The position numbers were made by a program, and so were the translations under genes. Shown here in pieces: positions 46,186 through 55,648 of a DNA stretch of 64,000 bases. Below the pieces are notes generated by a model. It was not told where the DNA came from and did no database searches. It saw only the letters and a program-made list of their open reading frames with translations. How positions within the stretch are numbered: the first letter of the stretch is position 1; every line of letters starts with the position of its first letter. Location: IMG/VR virus record IMGVR_UViG_3300025087_000038, positions 1 to 64,000 of that record. One strand, 5' to 3'. The stretch comes from a virus.

Positions 46186-47018
46186 AACTAAGTTACTTTA
46201 GTGAAGTAATTCCAAAATGGCAACTAAGACGAGAAACTAGATATAATTTAGAGGAGAAGTTTACCAGTTTTACAGGACATATAGACATAGTTGAATTGCA
46301 TATCCCTTACACTAAATACAAATATCTATTTGAGTTGTTTGAACAAACGAAAAGGATAAAAAGCAAAAAGATACTAGTCTGCGCAGGAGATAGTTTGAAT
46401 TTAGATTTATTTGGTCCATTTTACCCTAAAACTTCCGAAGATACAAAACCTTCCTTTGAAATAAAGATATTGATAAAAGTGTTACAAGAAGCAGAAAAAG
46501 TATATGACCATATAATATTTTTGACTACTAACCATGAAGGAAGATTAGAGAAAATAATTCAAAGAAATCTACACTCAAGAGAACAAGCTGTAGAGCTAAT
46601 CGATAGAATGCGAAAATTAAATGAGGACTTTAAAGAGAGCGGGTTAAAAAAAATAGTGGTTGTACCTGATTGTATATTTCAAATAGGCGATGTAGTAATA
46701 ACCCATTTTGAAAATAATTCTATGGTTCCTGGTACTATACCTAAAAATATCATACAATATCTCCTGCCAAGACTAAAAAAAGAATGGAATATTTGTTTTC
46801 AAAGTCATACTCATGGTCAATCCAAAATGGCATTAGAACGTAAACTGGTAATAGAAACGGGAGCGTTATGCCCAACTTTGGATTACTGGCGTAGAGGGCA
46901 AATGTCTGGACGAGGTAAAATGACAAGTCTTGGATACGCCCAAGCAGAAACAGTAAAAGGTAAAGCAAGTTTAAATAGTTGTAATTTTGTAATTTGTGAG
47001 TGGGAAGATTGGTTGTAA
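46182..47018 (+). CDS. Calcineurin-like metallophosphoesterase (divergent)
   Basis: ELHIP, AGDSLN, TNHE, ITH and SHTH match the five metallophosphoesterase motifs. Confidence 0.75.
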   Translation: MKLSYFSEVIPKWQLRRETRYNLEEKFTSFTGHIDIVELHIPYTKYKYLFELFEQTKRIKSKKILVCAGDSLNLDLFGPFYPKTSEDTKPSFEIKILIKVLQEAEKVYDHIIFLTTNHEGRLEKIIQRNLHSREQAVELIDRMRKLNEDFKESGLKKIVVVPDCIFQIGDVVITHFENNSMVPGTIPKNIIQYLLPRLKKEWNICFQSHTHGQSKMALERKLVIETGALCPTLDYWRRGQMSGRGKMTSLGYAQAETVKGKASLNSCNFVICEWEDWL

Positions 47019-47056
47019 AAAATATATTTTTAAAAACACGCTTTTTTTCTTAAATT

Positions 47057-47068
47057 TTGTAGTATAAT
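47057..47068 (+). promoter_or_regulatory. Promoter motif TTGTAGTATAAT
   Basis: Exact motif in AT-rich intergenic DNA. Confidence 0.65.
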
Positions 47069-47211
47069 TTCTCTAGAAAGAAATTAATAAGGGAGACTAA
47101 ATGGGGAGAAAAAGATAAAAAATCTTTTTTAGAAAAAAAGATTTTTTTCTAAATTTTTATAAGTCTATTAAATATAAAGAGTTACAAAAACAAAATATTT
47201 TTGATTTGCCC

Positions 47212-47240
47212 TTGATTTTTTACCAAAAATAACATATAAT
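47212..47240 (+). promoter_or_regulatory. Sigma70-type promoter
   Basis: TTGATT, 17-bp spacer, TATAAT, upstream of SD AAGGAG and ORF 47270. Confidence 0.65.
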
Positions 47241-47269
47241 TATATTGTAGGAAAGGAGACGTAAAGAGG

Positions 47270-47647
47270 ATGACTATTCACAGCAAGATAAAGCTAAAGA
47301 AAAGTCAAAAGTTTTGGAATATTACTCATAACCCTAAGTATACAAAACTAGTATTTGTCTACAGTAACCAAGGGTTAGTCTATAATCAAGCTAATCCTAC
47401 GCATTCAACTTTATTTTCAGATTTTGCCAATCAAATAAGTTCTTTATTTATTGATGGACGGGTAGCAGAATATAATGGTAAATCTGTAGTTCAGTTTTAT
47501 GGACTTACAAATTCTTTTACGCTTGTAGAACGGGAATTGATAAAATCTTGTTTACAGGAATTACTTTCTCTAGGCTATGTTACCGTTAATAGTTATGCAA
47601 TAGATGGTGCTGATAATGTATTAGGAATAGTAGAAAGTTTAACTTAG
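47270..47647 (+). CDS. Hypothetical early protein
   Basis: 125-aa ORF after the promoter. Confidence 0.6.
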   Translation: MTIHSKIKLKKSQKFWNITHNPKYTKLVFVYSNQGLVYNQANPTHSTLFSDFANQISSLFIDGRVAEYNGKSVVQFYGLTNSFTLVERELIKSCLQELLSLGYVTVNSYAIDGADNVLGIVESLT

Positions 47648-47654
47648 ATTAAGA

Positions 47655-47666
47655 TTGTAGTATAAT
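47655..47666 (+). promoter_or_regulatory. Promoter motif TTGTAGTATAAT
   Basis: Exact motif preceding the hairpin-rich region. Confidence 0.7.
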
Positions 47667-47883
47667 GTAATTGAAAGGAAAGGGAGATGCAAAGAGGATT
47701 AGCACGAGGAAAATCAATCAAAACAATTTTAGGGAAAGCAGATAGGTTTTGTCAGTCTCCGGCTACTTCTCCTCGGGGTAGCAATCCTCAGACACTATCT
47801 GCTTTTTCTATTTTATAGGAAAGGAGTTGGACTATTAGGGTAAGTCGCCCGCAGACTGGAGCGGGAAAATAGGGAGGTAGAAA

Positions 47884-48048
47884 ATGGAAAAATGTCGGCA
47901 ATATGAATTTCCTGAGCGGGATTGTCTTCCCCTCAGAAACCTTTTAGACCTCTGTCCCTCATGCAGGGACGAGGAAAAAGGTAATTGCATGTGTGTTTGG
48001 GCTCCCGCTGGGCACAACCACACATGCAATTTAGTTGAAGAGGCGTAG
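47884..48048 (+). CDS. Cys-rich 54-aa peptide
   Basis: SD GGGAGG; MEKCRQYEFPERDCLPLRNLLDLCPSCRDEEKGNCMCVWAPAGHNHTCNLVEEA. Confidence 0.5.
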   Translation: MEKCRQYEFPERDCLPLRNLLDLCPSCRDEEKGNCMCVWAPAGHNHTCNLVEEA

Positions 48049-48067
48049 TAATCTACGCCTCTTTTTT
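48038..48067 (+). terminator. Rho-independent terminator
   Basis: aagaggcgtag-taat-ctacgcctctt followed by a T-run. Confidence 0.85.
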
Positions 48068-48118
48068 GTGTTTTCTCGGTCCGCCGGATTGCAGGCGGGA
48101 AAATAGGGAGGTGGGAAG

Positions 48119-48361
48119 ATGAAGAGAGTAATGATTGGAGAAGGAAAGTCTGCAGGTTTGTGCGAAGAGTATTCGCACAAGGAATTAGTAAGAAAATTTG
48201 GCTTCCCCAATTGGGCAAAATGGTCGGACCATCTGTATCCGGGGCCCTATACCGAGCGTTGGGTAGGGTATGAGGATTGCCCAACCGGGGAGGTTTGTCG
48301 CCACTGGTACAACAACGTCTGGAGAAATCCCCAGACAGGAAGGTTTGTCTGGGTAAAATAA
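48119..48361 (+). CDS. Small hypothetical protein
   Basis: Preceded by the same gcgggaaaatagggaggt leader as 47884. Confidence 0.6.
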   Translation: MKRVMIGEGKSAGLCEEYSHKELVRKFGFPNWAKWSDHLYPGPYTERWVGYEDCPTGEVCRHWYNNVWRNPQTGRFVWVK

Positions 48362-48490
48362 AAAGAGGCAGGGAGATATCAACTGGGTTTATGCGGATGG
48401 AGATATAATATGTCAGAGGTAATATTCCTGGAGTTTGAAACTGTTCTGTCTATTGTTCTAAGAACAACATAGAAGGAAAGGAGTAAAAGA

Positions 48491-49069
48491 ATGAATCAGG
48501 AGACTAAAAGGATAACGGAGATAGTAGAAGAAATAAGAGGCGGTAATCAAAGTAATTGTCAAGAATTAGTAAACCTTTTAAAGAAGCGCGTAATAGTTAA
48601 GGTAAGAAACGTAAATTTATATGAAGCCGAACAAGATGAGATAATAGACGATTGTGTAGCAACGACTTTGTGTTATGCAATTAACACTTGGAATAAGGGG
48701 CGCGCAGCAAGTTTTTTAACCTACTTCTATTTACGTTGTAGGGCAACAATTTGGAACAAATGTGTGGTTCTACATAACAAACATCAATGCGTTCGTCTAA
48801 ATTCAATTAGTATTGAAGCAATGGAAGACTGGAAAGAGCCTGGAGAAGAAGATAATGTAGTTGAATATAACGACATAGTAAAAGAAATTTCAAACTCTTT
48901 GTCTAAAGAAGCAAGGAGCGTATTTAAAGGGATAGTTCAAGGAAATAGATTAACAACCGTATACCCAAAACAAGTCATTAATGAAATCAGAGACAATCCA
49001 GTAGTTCAAGAAACAGCTTCACACTATACCCGATGTAAAAACGGTAGGGTAGAAAGGGTATGGCAATGA
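48491..49069 (+). CDS. Sigma70 region 2-like phage transcription factor
   Basis: EQDEIIDDC...YAINTWNKGRAASFLTYFYLRCR resembles sigma region 2; SISIE motif follows. Confidence 0.65.
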   Translation: MNQETKRITEIVEEIRGGNQSNCQELVNLLKKRVIVKVRNVNLYEAEQDEIIDDCVATTLCYAINTWNKGRAASFLTYFYLRCRATIWNKCVVLHNKHQCVRLNSISIEAMEDWKEPGEEDNVVEYNDIVKEISNSLSKEARSVFKGIVQGNRLTTVYPKQVINEIRDNPVVQETASHYTRCKNGRVERVWQ

Positions 49070-52032
49070 AACTTTGTTATGATGGTTTCTTCTATTGTAT
49101 TTCTACTTACGAAGAAAAAGATATCTCAAAGAGCGCTGGTTTTACTTGGCACCCAAAAAAACGTAGGTGGGAAACTAAAGAAGTAGACTTCGCTAACAGG
49201 TTAGTTAATTACGCGGATGAAGCAACCAAAATAGTATTAGAAAAAGCAATGCAGGAAAGAACAAAAAGTATAGAATCTTCCCGGCTAACAAACTTAAACG
49301 TAGACTTACCAGCCCCTCAAGGGCTGGAGTATTTACCATTTCAAAAAGCTGGTATAGCTTATGCTCTACAAAGAAATGGAACGCTAATAGCCGACGAAAT
49401 GGGGTTAGGTAAGGCACAACCCTTGGATGCTAAGGTATTAACCCCAAATGGTTGGATGCTAATGAGAAATATTAAAATAGGTGATGAAATAATAAATTCC
49501 TTAGGGGACGTCTCAAAAGTTACAGATATTTACCCGCAAGGAAGAAAAAAAGTATTTAAAGTAGAATTTACAGATGGTTCAAGTACTGAGTGTACAGAAG
49601 ATCATTTATGGAAAGTTATAACACCTCTTCGAAAACATGGTAAGTACAGTAGCCTAGTATTACCTTTATCTGAAATAAAAGATACTTTATACCTTAAGAG
49701 TCAAGGGAATTTAAAAATACCTAATTTGCGATATTTTATACCATTAGTAAAACCAGTGAATTTTTCGAAAAAAGATTTACTTATTGATCCTTATTTATTA
49801 GGAGTGTTATTGGGGGATGGGTCAATTAAATATACTACAGAGTTTTCCTCCGCCGATATCACAATTGTTAGCGAAATTACAAAACTTTGCAAAATAATTA
49901 ACTTACAAGTTAAACGTATTTCTAAATATGATTATAGAATAAGCGCTGGGAAGCCTACAAAACCAGGAAATAATCCCCTTTTAACGGCTTTAAAAAGTTT
50001 AGGATTATTTGGAAAGGGTAGCGATGATAAATTTATCCCTGAAACGTATTTGTTAGGAAGTTTAGAACAAAGAAAAAGCTTATTTCAAGGACTTATGGAT
50101 ACTGATGGTTATGTAAGTAAGAGTAGTACTTTACAATACGGTTCAAATTCTGAAAAATTAGTAGATGGAATTAAGTTTTTAGTGCAATCATTTGGTGGGG
50201 TTATTCGTAAGAGGTGCAGTATTTCGGCTTCAGGTAAAAACTTTTATACCTTAACAATTGCTTTACCTGATGAAGTAGATAAACCCTTCACTGTACCGAG
50301 AAAAGCTATTAGATATGTACCTCGGGTCAAGTATAAGCCTACTAGGGGCATTAAAAGTATTAGTGAATTTGGGGAAAAAGAGTGCCAGTGTATTGCTGTA
50401 GATTCCCTTGATAGACTATATATTACAGATGAGTTTGTATTAACTCATAATACTATTCAATCTATCGGGGTCATAAACGCCGATAAGGCTATCAGAAAAG
50501 TCTTAGTCATTTGTCCAGCGTCTTTAAAGATAAACTGGAAACGAGAATTAGAAAAATGGTTGTTGGAAAAAAGAACAATTGCAATTTTAAGGGATAAGTA
50601 TGTAGACGCTGACATAGTAATCTGCAATTATGATATGTTAAGAAAAATTGAAGAGCTAAAACGGGAATGGGATTTAGTGGTAGTGGATGAAGCACATTTT
50701 TGTAAGAATAAAAAGAGTCAGAGAACAATTGCGACTTTAGAGATATGCAAGAAGACAAGAAAAAAACTATTCTTAACAGGTACCCCAATAGTTAATAGAC
50801 CTATTGAACTTTATACCTTAATAAAAGCTTTAGGGTTTAATGGAAACTTATGGGGCCAACAAGGATATGCCTTTAGATATTGTAACGCTACTCAAACGGG
50901 TTACGGTTGGGATTTATCAGGTGCTTCAAACTTAGAGGAACTTCAAGACAAACTTAGAGCTCAGTTGATGATAAGAAGGTTGAAGAAAGATGTCTTGAAA
51001 GAGTTACCACCTAAACGTAGACAGATAATTGAATTTTCAGCTAATGGAGTAGCTGGTATTGTAAAAGAAGAACAAGATGCATGGAAACAACACCAAGATA
51101 ATTTAGATAGACTAAAAACTGACGTTGAACTTGCTAAGCTTGAAGGAGAAGAAAGTTATAAAACTGCTGTAGAAAAACTAAAAGAAGGTTCTCAAGTAGT
51201 ATTTGTAGAAATGGCGAAACTACGACATCAAACAGCTGTTGCAAAGATTCCTTACGTTGTAGATCACATTAAGGATTTACTTGAATCAATAGACAAGTTA
51301 GTTGTATTTGCGCATCACCATGATGTGGTAAACGCTATTGTTAATGCTTTTCCAACTATTACTGTTAAACTTACCGGAGAAGAAAAACTAGAAGAAAGAC
51401 AGCAAGCTGTTGATAGATTCCAAAATGACGAAAAAGTAAAATTATTTGTAGGGTCAATTTTAGCCTCTGGTTTGGGCATTACTTTAACTGCTGCTAGCAA
51501 CGTTGTATTTGTTGAACTTGATTGGGTTCCCGGAAATATGAGTCAGGCTGAAGATAGAACTCATAGAATAGGGCAAACAGAAAGTGTTTTAATTCAATAC
51601 CTAGTTTTAGAAGGTAGCCTTGATGCAACTATGGCAAAAACATTAATAAGAAAACAAGAAGTAATTGAAAAAGCTTTGGACAAAAAAGAACGGGAAGAAT
51701 TTGTGATTCCTGAAGTTAATGAGTCTGTTACTAAGCACTGGACTACAAAGGAAATAGAAAAAGAATTGGATAAATTTGAAGAAAAATTAACTGTGGTTAA
51801 AGAAGAATGGATTAGATGTGTTCATCAAGCACTTAAGCATATTGCTAGTGTTTGTGATGATGCTATAGCGTTAGATGGTTGTGGATTTAACAAAGTTGAT
51901 ACTCTGATAGGAAAAAGTTTAGCAGAATGTTTAAAACTTACCCCCAAACAAGCTTTACTTGGAAGAAAAATAATAGAAAAATATAAAAAGCAAATCAGTG
52001 AAGAGTTATACAACAAAATTTTTGAGGGATAG
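49060..52032 (+). CDS. SNF2/HARP-like helicase containing an intein
   Basis: LIADEMGLGK/T, VICPASLKINW, VVDEAH, LTGTPIVNRP, QAEDRTHRIGQ. Confidence 0.92.
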   Translation: MAMKLCYDGFFYCISTYEEKDISKSAGFTWHPKKRRWETKEVDFANRLVNYADEATKIVLEKAMQERTKSIESSRLTNLNVDLPAPQGLEYLPFQKAGIAYALQRNGTLIADEMGLGKAQPLDAKVLTPNGWMLMRNIKIGDEIINSLGDVSKVTDIYPQGRKKVFKVEFTDGSSTECTEDHLWKVITPLRKHGKYSSLVLPLSEIKDTLYLKSQGNLKIPNLRYFIPLVKPVNFSKKDLLIDPYLLGVLLGDGSIKYTTEFSSADITIVSEITKLCKIINLQVKRISKYDYRISAGKPTKPGNNPLLTALKSLGLFGKGSDDKFIPETYLLGSLEQRKSLFQGLMDTDGYVSKSSTLQYGSNSEKLVDGIKFLVQSFGGVIRKRCSISASGKNFYTLTIALPDEVDKPFTVPRKAIRYVPRVKYKPTRGIKSISEFGEKECQCIAVDSLDRLYITDEFVLTHNTIQSIGVINADKAIRKVLVICPASLKINWKRELEKWLLEKRTIAILRDKYVDADIVICNYDMLRKIEELKREWDLVVVDEAHFCKNKKSQRTIATLEICKKTRKKLFLTGTPIVNRPIELYTLIKALGFNGNLWGQQGYAFRYCNATQTGYGWDLSGASNLEELQDKLRAQLMIRRLKKDVLKELPPKRRQIIEFSANGVAGIVKEEQDAWKQHQDNLDRLKTDVELAKLEGEESYKTAVEKLKEGSQVVFVEMAKLRHQTAVAKIPYVVDHIKDLLESIDKLVVFAHHHDVVNAIVNAFPTITVKLTGEEKLEERQQAVDRFQNDEKVKLFVGSILASGLGITLTAASNVVFVELDWVPGNMSQAEDRTHRIGQTESVLIQYLVLEGSLDATMAKTLIRKQEVIEKALDKKEREEFVIPEVNESVTKHWTTKEIEKELDKFEEKLTVVKEEWIRCVHQALKHIASVCDDAIALDGCGFNKVDTLIGKSLAECLKLTPKQALLGRKIIEKYKKQISEELYNKIFEG
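49414..50451 (+). mobile_element. Class 3 (Ala-start) intein with LAGLIDADG endonuclease, inserted in Walker A (346 aa)
   Basis: Starts AQPLDAKVLTP; block B CTEDHLW; LLGVLLGDG and FQGLMDTDG; block F CQCIAVD; ends VLTHN followed by Thr. Confidence 0.9.
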
Positions 52033-52037
52033 CCAGA

Positions 52038-53024
52038 ATGAAATTAGAACAAATAGGGTTTTATACCTTATCAGAAAATAGAGCAAAGACAACAAGTCCT
52101 AAATCGCCTATTATGCGCGCGGAACTATTGTTGACCGATAGGTGTAATTTGAAATGCCCTTACTGTAGAGGATTGAAATCGGAATTAAAGGGGGACATAT
52201 CTTTACCTTACGCTCAATATATTTTGCAACAGTGGGTTGATAATGGATTAACCAATGTAAGATTTAGCGGTGGGGAACCTACTTTGTATCCTTACTTGAA
52301 ACAGTTGATTAAAGGTTGTAAGCGCTGCGGTGTAAGGAGAATCGCACTATCTACTAATGGAACAGCTTCCTTAGACTTTTATAGGGAATTAATTGATTGC
52401 GGTGTTAATGATTTTTCCATTTCACTTGATAGTGGCTGTTGTTCTATTGGTAAGGTTATGTGTGGTGGTAGCACTATTGCTTGGAAGAAAGCAAGTACTG
52501 CAATTAAAGAACTTTCCAAGTTAACCTATGTAACAGTTGGAGCAGTCTTTAACGAATTGAATGTTAACTATGCTGTTGATACAATAAAGTGGATAGACGG
52601 TTTGAATCCTTTAGACATTAGAATAATTTCTTCTGCCCAGTATGATAAAGCTTTAGACAAGTTATCAACGCTTTCAGATTCACTGGTTAATAGGTATCCA
52701 ATACTGAAATACCGGTTGACCAACTTTAAGCAGAAGAGGAATGTTAGAGGATTACGAAAAGGAGATTGCAATAAATGTTACTTGGTATTAGATGATATTG
52801 CAGTAGCTGGAGGGCAGCACTTTCCTTGTATTATCTATCTTCGTGAGCAAGGACAAGCTATTGGAAAAATGAACGGCGATTTTAGGAACGAAAGGGTAGA
52901 ATGGTTTAAGAAACACAATACATTTGAAGATAAGATTTGCTTAAAGAATTGCCTTGACGTATGTATAGACTACAATAATAGGGTTAATTATTATGTTAAG
53001 AAGAATAGACGGAAGCTGTTTTGA
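52038..53024 (+). CDS. Radical SAM enzyme
   Basis: CNLKCPYC, SGGEPT, STNG, SISLD; Cys-rich C-terminal extension. Confidence 0.9.
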   Translation: MKLEQIGFYTLSENRAKTTSPKSPIMRAELLLTDRCNLKCPYCRGLKSELKGDISLPYAQYILQQWVDNGLTNVRFSGGEPTLYPYLKQLIKGCKRCGVRRIALSTNGTASLDFYRELIDCGVNDFSISLDSGCCSIGKVMCGGSTIAWKKASTAIKELSKLTYVTVGAVFNELNVNYAVDTIKWIDGLNPLDIRIISSAQYDKALDKLSTLSDSLVNRYPILKYRLTNFKQKRNVRGLRKGDCNKCYLVLDDIAVAGGQHFPCIIYLREQGQAIGKMNGDFRNERVEWFKKHNTFEDKICLKNCLDVCIDYNNRVNYYVKKNRRKLF

Positions 53025-53259
53025 CTTTTTGACCTGGCACGGTGGAAGCTTGTTTGGCATTTTAGGAATTATTCAGAGAGAACCTTCCATTTTACAGAGT
53101 AGGGGGGTAATTAAAAAATTCGCTATTGGGTACTGTAGTGGAAGTGCGGTTGTTTGTAGGCCTAAGGTTAATACTGTTGCAGTTATGTTTAGTAAAGACG
53201 ATGAATTATTTTGGACTCATTTAACAAGTTATGAATTTAAAGAAATTTTTGTAGTATAA
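52993..53259 (+). CDS. Hypothetical protein
   Basis: 88-aa ORF overlapping the end of the radical SAM gene. Confidence 0.55.
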   Translation: MLRRIDGSCFDFLTWHGGSLFGILGIIQREPSILQSRGVIKKFAIGYCSGSAVVCRPKVNTVAVMFSKDDELFWTHLTSYEFKEIFVV

Positions 53260-53260
53260 T
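53249..53260 (+). promoter_or_regulatory. Promoter motif TTGTAGTATAAT
   Basis: Exact motif followed by an SD and ORF 53281. Confidence 0.7.
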
Positions 53261-53280
53261 AGATATGAAAGGGGAGGGAG

Positions 53281-53463
53281 ATGATTATAGATTTTGTCAA
53301 ATTGACGAAAGGTGGAATAACTTCTATAGAAAAAGCTATTGCTGAGAGGCATCGTAAGCGTACCTGGCATGTAAATCAATTAGGATCTGTTGAAAAAATT
53401 TTAAAGGAACTTATGCCTGATATTCAAGCAGAACTAGAAGAAAGGTTAAATGAAAATCAATAG
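53281..53463 (+). CDS. Hypothetical protein
   Basis: SD GGAGG. Confidence 0.55.
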   Translation: MIIDFVKLTKGGITSIEKAIAERHRKRTWHVNQLGSVEKILKELMPDIQAELEERLNENQ

Positions 53464-53794
53464 TCATGCTCTTCTAAAAAGATTCTGCGAAAAGTTTAAA
53501 GGAAGTTATGGCGATGACTACGTAGTAGTAAACTGGGCTAAAGAATGTAATACGCTAAAAAATAAAGTTCTAGCAACGTTTGTCTTAAGTGGTTACAAAG
53601 AGGATTTAAGTTTAGATTTTATTGATTGGTGTTTCGAAAAAAAGGCAAGTAATGGTAGAAGACTGTGTCCAGGATTTTTACCATATCTAATTAACGATTT
53701 TATTGGAGAAAGAAAACCAGAAAAAGATAACCCAAACTTTTACTATGATGAAGATGGAATAAAAAGGGTAAAGGAAAATGCAATTACAAAATAG
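53450..53794 (+). CDS. Hypothetical protein
   Basis: 114-aa ORF within the operon. Confidence 0.6.
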   Translation: MKINSHALLKRFCEKFKGSYGDDYVVVNWAKECNTLKNKVLATFVLSGYKEDLSLDFIDWCFEKKASNGRRLCPGFLPYLINDFIGERKPEKDNPNFYYDEDGIKRVKENAITK

Positions 53795-53813
53795 GTTGAA
53801 AGAAGGTGCTTGA

Positions 53814-54005
53814 ATGGTAGTAGATAAGAATATGGTTGTTATTGTAAATGAACTTCCCAAATGTGATTTTTGTATTCTTAAAGCGTGTTATGACGGTAGG
53901 ACTATTTATGGCCCTTGGGCCAATATGTGTTTAATACATTTTGGACAATACGGAGTCGGAATAGGATTAGGTAAAGGTCAAGAGTTAGTAAAGAAAGGGA
54001 AATAG
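53814..54005 (+). CDS. Small Cys/His protein
   Basis: CDFC...YDGRT..GPWANMC..HF...GxGLGKGQ, a pattern common in phage hypothetical proteins. Confidence 0.65.
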   Translation: MVVDKNMVVIVNELPKCDFCILKACYDGRTIYGPWANMCLIHFGQYGVGIGLGKGQELVKKGK

Positions 54006-54006
54006 A

Positions 54007-54264
54007 ATGAAACACAACGTTATTAGATATAGGAATTATTTTTCTTGGCGGTGGTGGAAATACGCCTTATGGAGAGTATATATTTTGGGTTTCTTTGGTT
54101 GTATAGTAGATTTTCACAACATAGATAATATGTTGTTGTACAATGATTTTGATGGTGCTGGTTGGGTTTGCTGGGTATGTGGTTATACTCATCCAGATAT
54201 TGCAAGTTATAAAATTAGGGAAGGTTATAGGAATACAATTCATCAGAATAAGAGTGATAAGTAG
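54007..54264 (+). CDS. Hypothetical protein
   Basis: 85 aa with a CWVCG motif. Confidence 0.5.
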   Translation: MKHNVIRYRNYFSWRWWKYALWRVYILGFFGCIVDFHNIDNMLLYNDFDGAGWVCWVCGYTHPDIASYKIREGYRNTIHQNKSDK

Positions 54265-54277
54265 TATTGAATATAAT

Positions 54278-54348
54278 TGCCCGGTAGTGTAGTGGTAACA
54301 CATCAGACTTTGGTTCTGGTATCTAAGGTTCGAACCCTTACTGGGCAG
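54278..54348 (+). tRNA. trnQ: tRNA-Gln(UUG), CCA not encoded
   Basis: Acceptor tgcccgg/ctgggca; D arm gtgt-agtggta-acac; anticodon arm tcaga-ctTTGgt-tctgg; T arm taagg-ttcgaac-cctta; followed by gag rather than cca. Confidence 0.92.
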
Positions 54349-54368
54349 AGAACAGAAAAGGGGGAAAT

Positions 54369-54563
54369 ATGCTTAATTTTGTAGTACATGAACATACTTT
54401 TGTTTACCCAAGTGGTGAAGAACAACTACCATTAATAGTCTGCGGTTATGGTTTTACTGAATATGAAATTAGGTTTTGTGTAAACTGTGGAGAAATTGTT
54501 TGGCGGTTAACTAAGGATATAGACAATTTGTATCCCCATTTGAGTCAGTTAAGAAAAGAATAG
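54369..54563 (+). CDS. Small hypothetical protein
   Basis: 64 aa with a CVNCG motif. Confidence 0.5.
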   Translation: MLNFVVHEHTFVYPSGEEQLPLIVCGYGFTEYEIRFCVNCGEIVWRLTKDIDNLYPHLSQLRKE

Positions 54564-54571
54564 ATAGAAAA

Positions 54572-55648
54572 ATGAAAATAAACTTAGAAGAACTAAAAAA
54601 GAGAGATAAATACATATTCTGTCAAAGGCATCCAGATGAGCCTCTGATAATATGGAACTATACTCACGCTTGTCAATACGATAAAGCATGGGATGAATAT
54701 ACAAAGATGTGTAGAGGACTTATTACTAATTTAGATGGAAGAGTGCTCGCAAGACCCTTTTCTAAGTTTTTTAATTTAAACGAATCAGAAGAATCCAAGA
54801 TAGAAAACCTACCGGCTATAGAGTCAGAAATATACGAAAAATTAGATGGCTCATTCCTTATTCAGTATTATAGTAATTATGACAAAGATGACAACAAAGT
54901 TTACGTGGCTACAAGAGGAAGTTTTAAATCAGACCAAGCAAAATGGGGAACAGAATGGTTGCAGAATAAGGGGTATAGAAGAGCAGATTTTAAAGAAGGT
55001 TACACCTATATGTATGAAGCCATTTATCCTGGGAACCGTATTGTGGTAGATTACGATGGTAGAGAAGAATGTGTTTTGTTGGCAGTAAAAGAAATAGAAA
55101 CTGGAAAAGAGATAGACCATATAGAAGAAGCAAAAAGGTTAGGATTACCTTATGCAAGGAAATTTAATCATACCTTGCAACAACTATTAGAATTGTTACC
55201 GCAAATGTATAACGAAGAAGGGTATGTAGCAAAATATAGTGATGGGTTAAGGGTAAAATTAAAAGGGGAAGACTATAAACGTCTGCATAAACTATTAACC
55301 CAGTTTTCTACTACCTCTATCTGGGAATATTTAAAAGATGGAAAAGGCCTAAAAGATGTTGAAGATAGGGTACCTGTAGACTTTAAGAATTGGGTAGAAG
55401 AAAAGAAAAATGTGTTGGTTTCAGAGAAATGTAGTATAATAGAAGCAGTAAAGAAAGCATATGGACTCATTAAGGGATTAGAGTCCAGAAAAGAACAGGC
55501 GCTAAAACTAATGAAAGAGCATAAGAAGGTGGCGCCGCTAGTATTTAATTTGTTGGATGGGAAAGAAGAATCGGCAGAGCAAGGGGCATGGAAAATGGTA
55601 AAACCAAAATGGGAACTACCTTTTAGAAAGGAGATGGATAATGGATAA
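54572..55648 (+). CDS. RNA ligase, T4 Rnl1-like
   Basis: CRGLI, RPFSKFFN, EKLDGS (motif I), ATRGSF, EEGYV, RVKLKGEDY. Confidence 0.9.
   Translation: MKINLEELKKRDKYIFCQRHPDEPLIIWNYTHACQYDKAWDEYTKMCRGLITNLDGRVLARPFSKFFNLNESEESKIENLPAIESEIYEKLDGSFLIQYYSNYDKDDNKVYVATRGSFKSDQAKWGTEWLQNKGYRRADFKEGYTYMYEAIYPGNRIVVDYDGREECVLLAVKEIETGKEIDHIEEAKRLGLPYARKFNHTLQQLLELLPQMYNEEGYVAKYSDGLRVKLKGEDYKRLHKLLTQFSTTSIWEYLKDGKGLKDVEDRVPVDFKNWVEEKKNVLVSEKCSIIEAVKKAYGLIKGLESRKEQALKLMKEHKKVAPLVFNLLDGKEESAEQGAWKMVKPKWELPFRKEMDNG

Noticed and set aside
52038-53024. Radical SAM gene as queE
   Set aside because: It lacks the QueE-type N-terminal pattern, is longer with a Cys-rich tail, and is not adjacent to queD; left as a generic radical SAM enzyme.
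55430-55440. TGTAGTATAAT copy inside the RNA ligase gene
   Set aside because: It is intragenic and about 200 bp from the next start; it may be chance or an internal promoter, so it was not called.
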